Below, piece by piece: positions 62,401-64,000 of a stretch of DNA of 64,000 nt (positions within the stretch are counted from its first letter, which is position 1; each line of letters starts with the position of its first letter). The DNA lies in contig NW_026782711.1 in NCBI RefSeq assembly GCF_031769215.1, forward strand, positions 1,240,001 to 1,304,000. Reading direction: 5' to 3'. Under the pieces are notes generated by a model. The model did not search any database. It saw nothing but the letters and a program-made list of their open reading frames with translations, and was not told where the DNA came from. Origin of the DNA: Ylistrum balloti. Its lineage: Eukaryota. The position numbers and the translations under genes were made by a program.

Positions 62401-63910
62401 TATTGATTGTGACTTCATAATATAGATATTTTAGGTTATGTCTCAAATTGAAATTAGCACCAAAAAAAATGATGCCTCTGTTCGACTTTGTCATCTACTT
62501 TTATCTTCAAAAACCTTTCAAAATCTTTTCGGAGTTATGTGAAAAGAAGTATCTTAAATTTGTTTACAATTCATATAAGATTTTGTGAAACTTGTCTGGA
62601 AGTTTTGATTTTTGCTTGCCAAGGCTCAATTAAATAAATACATAGAAGATTTGTGTCCTGAAATTTCATAGGAAAACTTATTTTTTAAAAAATTCTTAAG
62701 ATCATATATGTATTACAGGTACACACACACACATATATATATATTGTCTTCAAATAAACTCTAATTATCAGTCTGGTATTTTGTTAAAATACACATAGTT
62801 ATTTGTGATTCAGTATACCAAGTAGCTAACAGTTTGGCTCTTAATGTAGAAACACAAACTCTAAAGATAGCTTAGAAAATATTTTTTGTTTACATACAAG
62901 TTAGTGTTAAATTGATAAATTCACATCTCTTTCTCGATTGGAACACATTAACTCACAACTCGGAGCTCAGTGTTCGTAAATGAGTTTAAATGTGATTATC
63001 TATATAATCTCTGTAAGATGTCTCTGAAATGGCTGATTCTGATAAAGGAATTGTATCAATACAGAAATTTTATATCAATGAATATTGGTTTGGTATTGAA
63101 TATAAATATACTATTTGTGTGTAATCTTGCAGACAATTAACAGTGAATGCAGACCTAATGGTAATGCTGGTGCTGGCTATCTTCCTCACTGTAAAATATA
63201 TGTTCTTTGATGATGATGTGGATGTGCCAAGCAGACTATGTCCATCTTGTAAACGTTCAGGGGCAAGACTCCGTCAGATTTCCAGTTCCATTGACTTACC
63301 AGGTATATAATAATTCCTCTTGGCCATATACTGTTTCAGACTGTAGACTGAGGTTTTTAACCCCAAAAATCCACTAGGTTGAGATTTACCAAGGTTGGAT
63401 TGCATATCTGTTCAGTATAAAGCTAACTTAATTCCTTGGTTTGTCTTTATCATTACAAATTTGCAGACTTTCCAGATTATACTTGTACAAGACATTCGGT
63501 ATCATGTAAGCAATCTCTACCAAGGATCATTTTAGAAATTTGTTTTCCACGTTTATAAACAATGTCTCCAGATGTTTGCATGTATAAATGAATGGAACAA
63601 GCCAATAAATGCTGAGACATGTTGTCTGCACAACATTTTACAATCATGGTAATTTAAGGGAACTGATGTTCTCTAATTCTCAGCTCCAGAAGTGTCTTCA
63701 GAACCTGTTGTGGAAACTACAAATATTTCTCAGAAAAAGACAACATTTACTATTGGTGAAGATGAGAGTTCAGACGAGGAAACTGAGACGATGGACAGTA
63801 AAGAGACTCAGACGGACCTATTGGAATTTGGTTACCGTCCCTTGGAAAGGCTACCCTCTATACAGCCGCCACGTCCAGTTGCTGAATGTTTGGACATTCT
63901 CAAGTCTGAT
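56446..63910 (+). CDS. HMGCR: 3-hydroxy-3-methylglutaryl-CoA reductase, membrane/sterol-sensing domain and linker; exons 56446-56595, 56996-57107, 57767-57854, 58681-58871, 60097-60326, 61497-61648, 63133-63302, 63684-63910 (plus possible 63467-63505); catalytic domain beyond the window
   Basis: Frame-consistent GT-AG exons give [143 protein letters not shown] and [13 protein letters not shown], colinear with animal HMGCR. An in-frame ATG at 56437 is an alternative start. Confidence 0.96.
56664..56910. repeat. Direct tandem duplication of ~124 bp in the first intron after the HMGCR start exon
   Basis: AAATAACAATCACCATCAAT...GTACTGATTTCTATAATGCACCAG occurs twice back to back. Confidence 0.85.
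58134..58512 (-). mobile_element. HINE-like element, reverse orientation, in an HMGCR intron
   Basis: Left end TTTAGCTCACCTGGTCTGAAGGATTAAACTGAGCTTA (hairpin end); right end GATGAGTGATACAGGTCCTGTAGAACTCTTG (degenerate 5' terminus). Confidence 0.5.
60308..61335 (+). repeat. 44-bp minisatellite made from the HMGCR exon5/intron5 junction (~22 units)
   Basis: Unit GAGTCAAACTCATCATG|GTAAATATTACATCTCTGTCACACAGT; period 44 measured at 60481/60525; the first unit is the genuine coding end RVKLIM plus its donor at 60326/60327. Confidence 0.96.
61735..62238 (+). mobile_element. tRNA(Thr)-derived element with a 5' hairpin leader and ~80-bp direct terminal repeats (SINE- or TRIM-like)
   Basis: Hairpin ACTAGCCG-N12-CGGCTAGT, then TTTAGCTCGATTGG (A box), TCAGA-CTAGTAA (AGT anticodon loop) and GGATTCTAATCC (B box); the first ~75 bp recur at 62158-62238. 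Confidence 0.6.
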
Positions 63911-64000
63911 GTATGTAAAAACTGTTTGATTAAAAAGGAAACTTGTTTTCACAGACATGTAATCTTATAGAAAGGACTTTTTTTTAAAGATTCTGTTGAA

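Overview
AT-rich, intron-rich eukaryotic DNA, most likely a bivalve mollusc (inferred from Cg170/BIV160-like repeats inside HINE/Helentron-type elements). I reconstructed seven protein-coding genes by hand with GT-AG, frame-consistent exons: the 3' end of an ANKRA2/RFXANK-type ankyrin gene (+), a 6-exon FASTKD5-like mitochondrial RNA-processing gene (-), an intronless peptide-type rhodopsin GPCR (-), two head-to-head apolipoprotein D-like lipocalin paralogues (-/+), a C3orf38 homologue (+) and the 5' part of HMG-CoA reductase (+, runs off the window). The rest is dense in minisatellites (46, 61, 64, 41, 48, 36/39 and 44 bp units), non-autonomous Helentron-like elements, tRNA-derived elements and a decayed LINE fragment. 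Three observations stand out. (1) The exon5/intron5 junction of HMGCR has itself been amplified into a 44-bp array with about 18 extra ATG|GT donors, AG-flanked 18-nt microexon candidates that start with an in-frame stop, and 15 perfect AP-1 heptamers. (2) The two ApoD-like genes have nearly identical exons 3-4, a much more diverged exon 2 and unalignable introns, which suggests exon-bounded gene conversion. (3) HMGCR has a candidate 39-nt frame-preserving cassette exon in its linker region. All coordinates and counts were read by eye and no database search was run.
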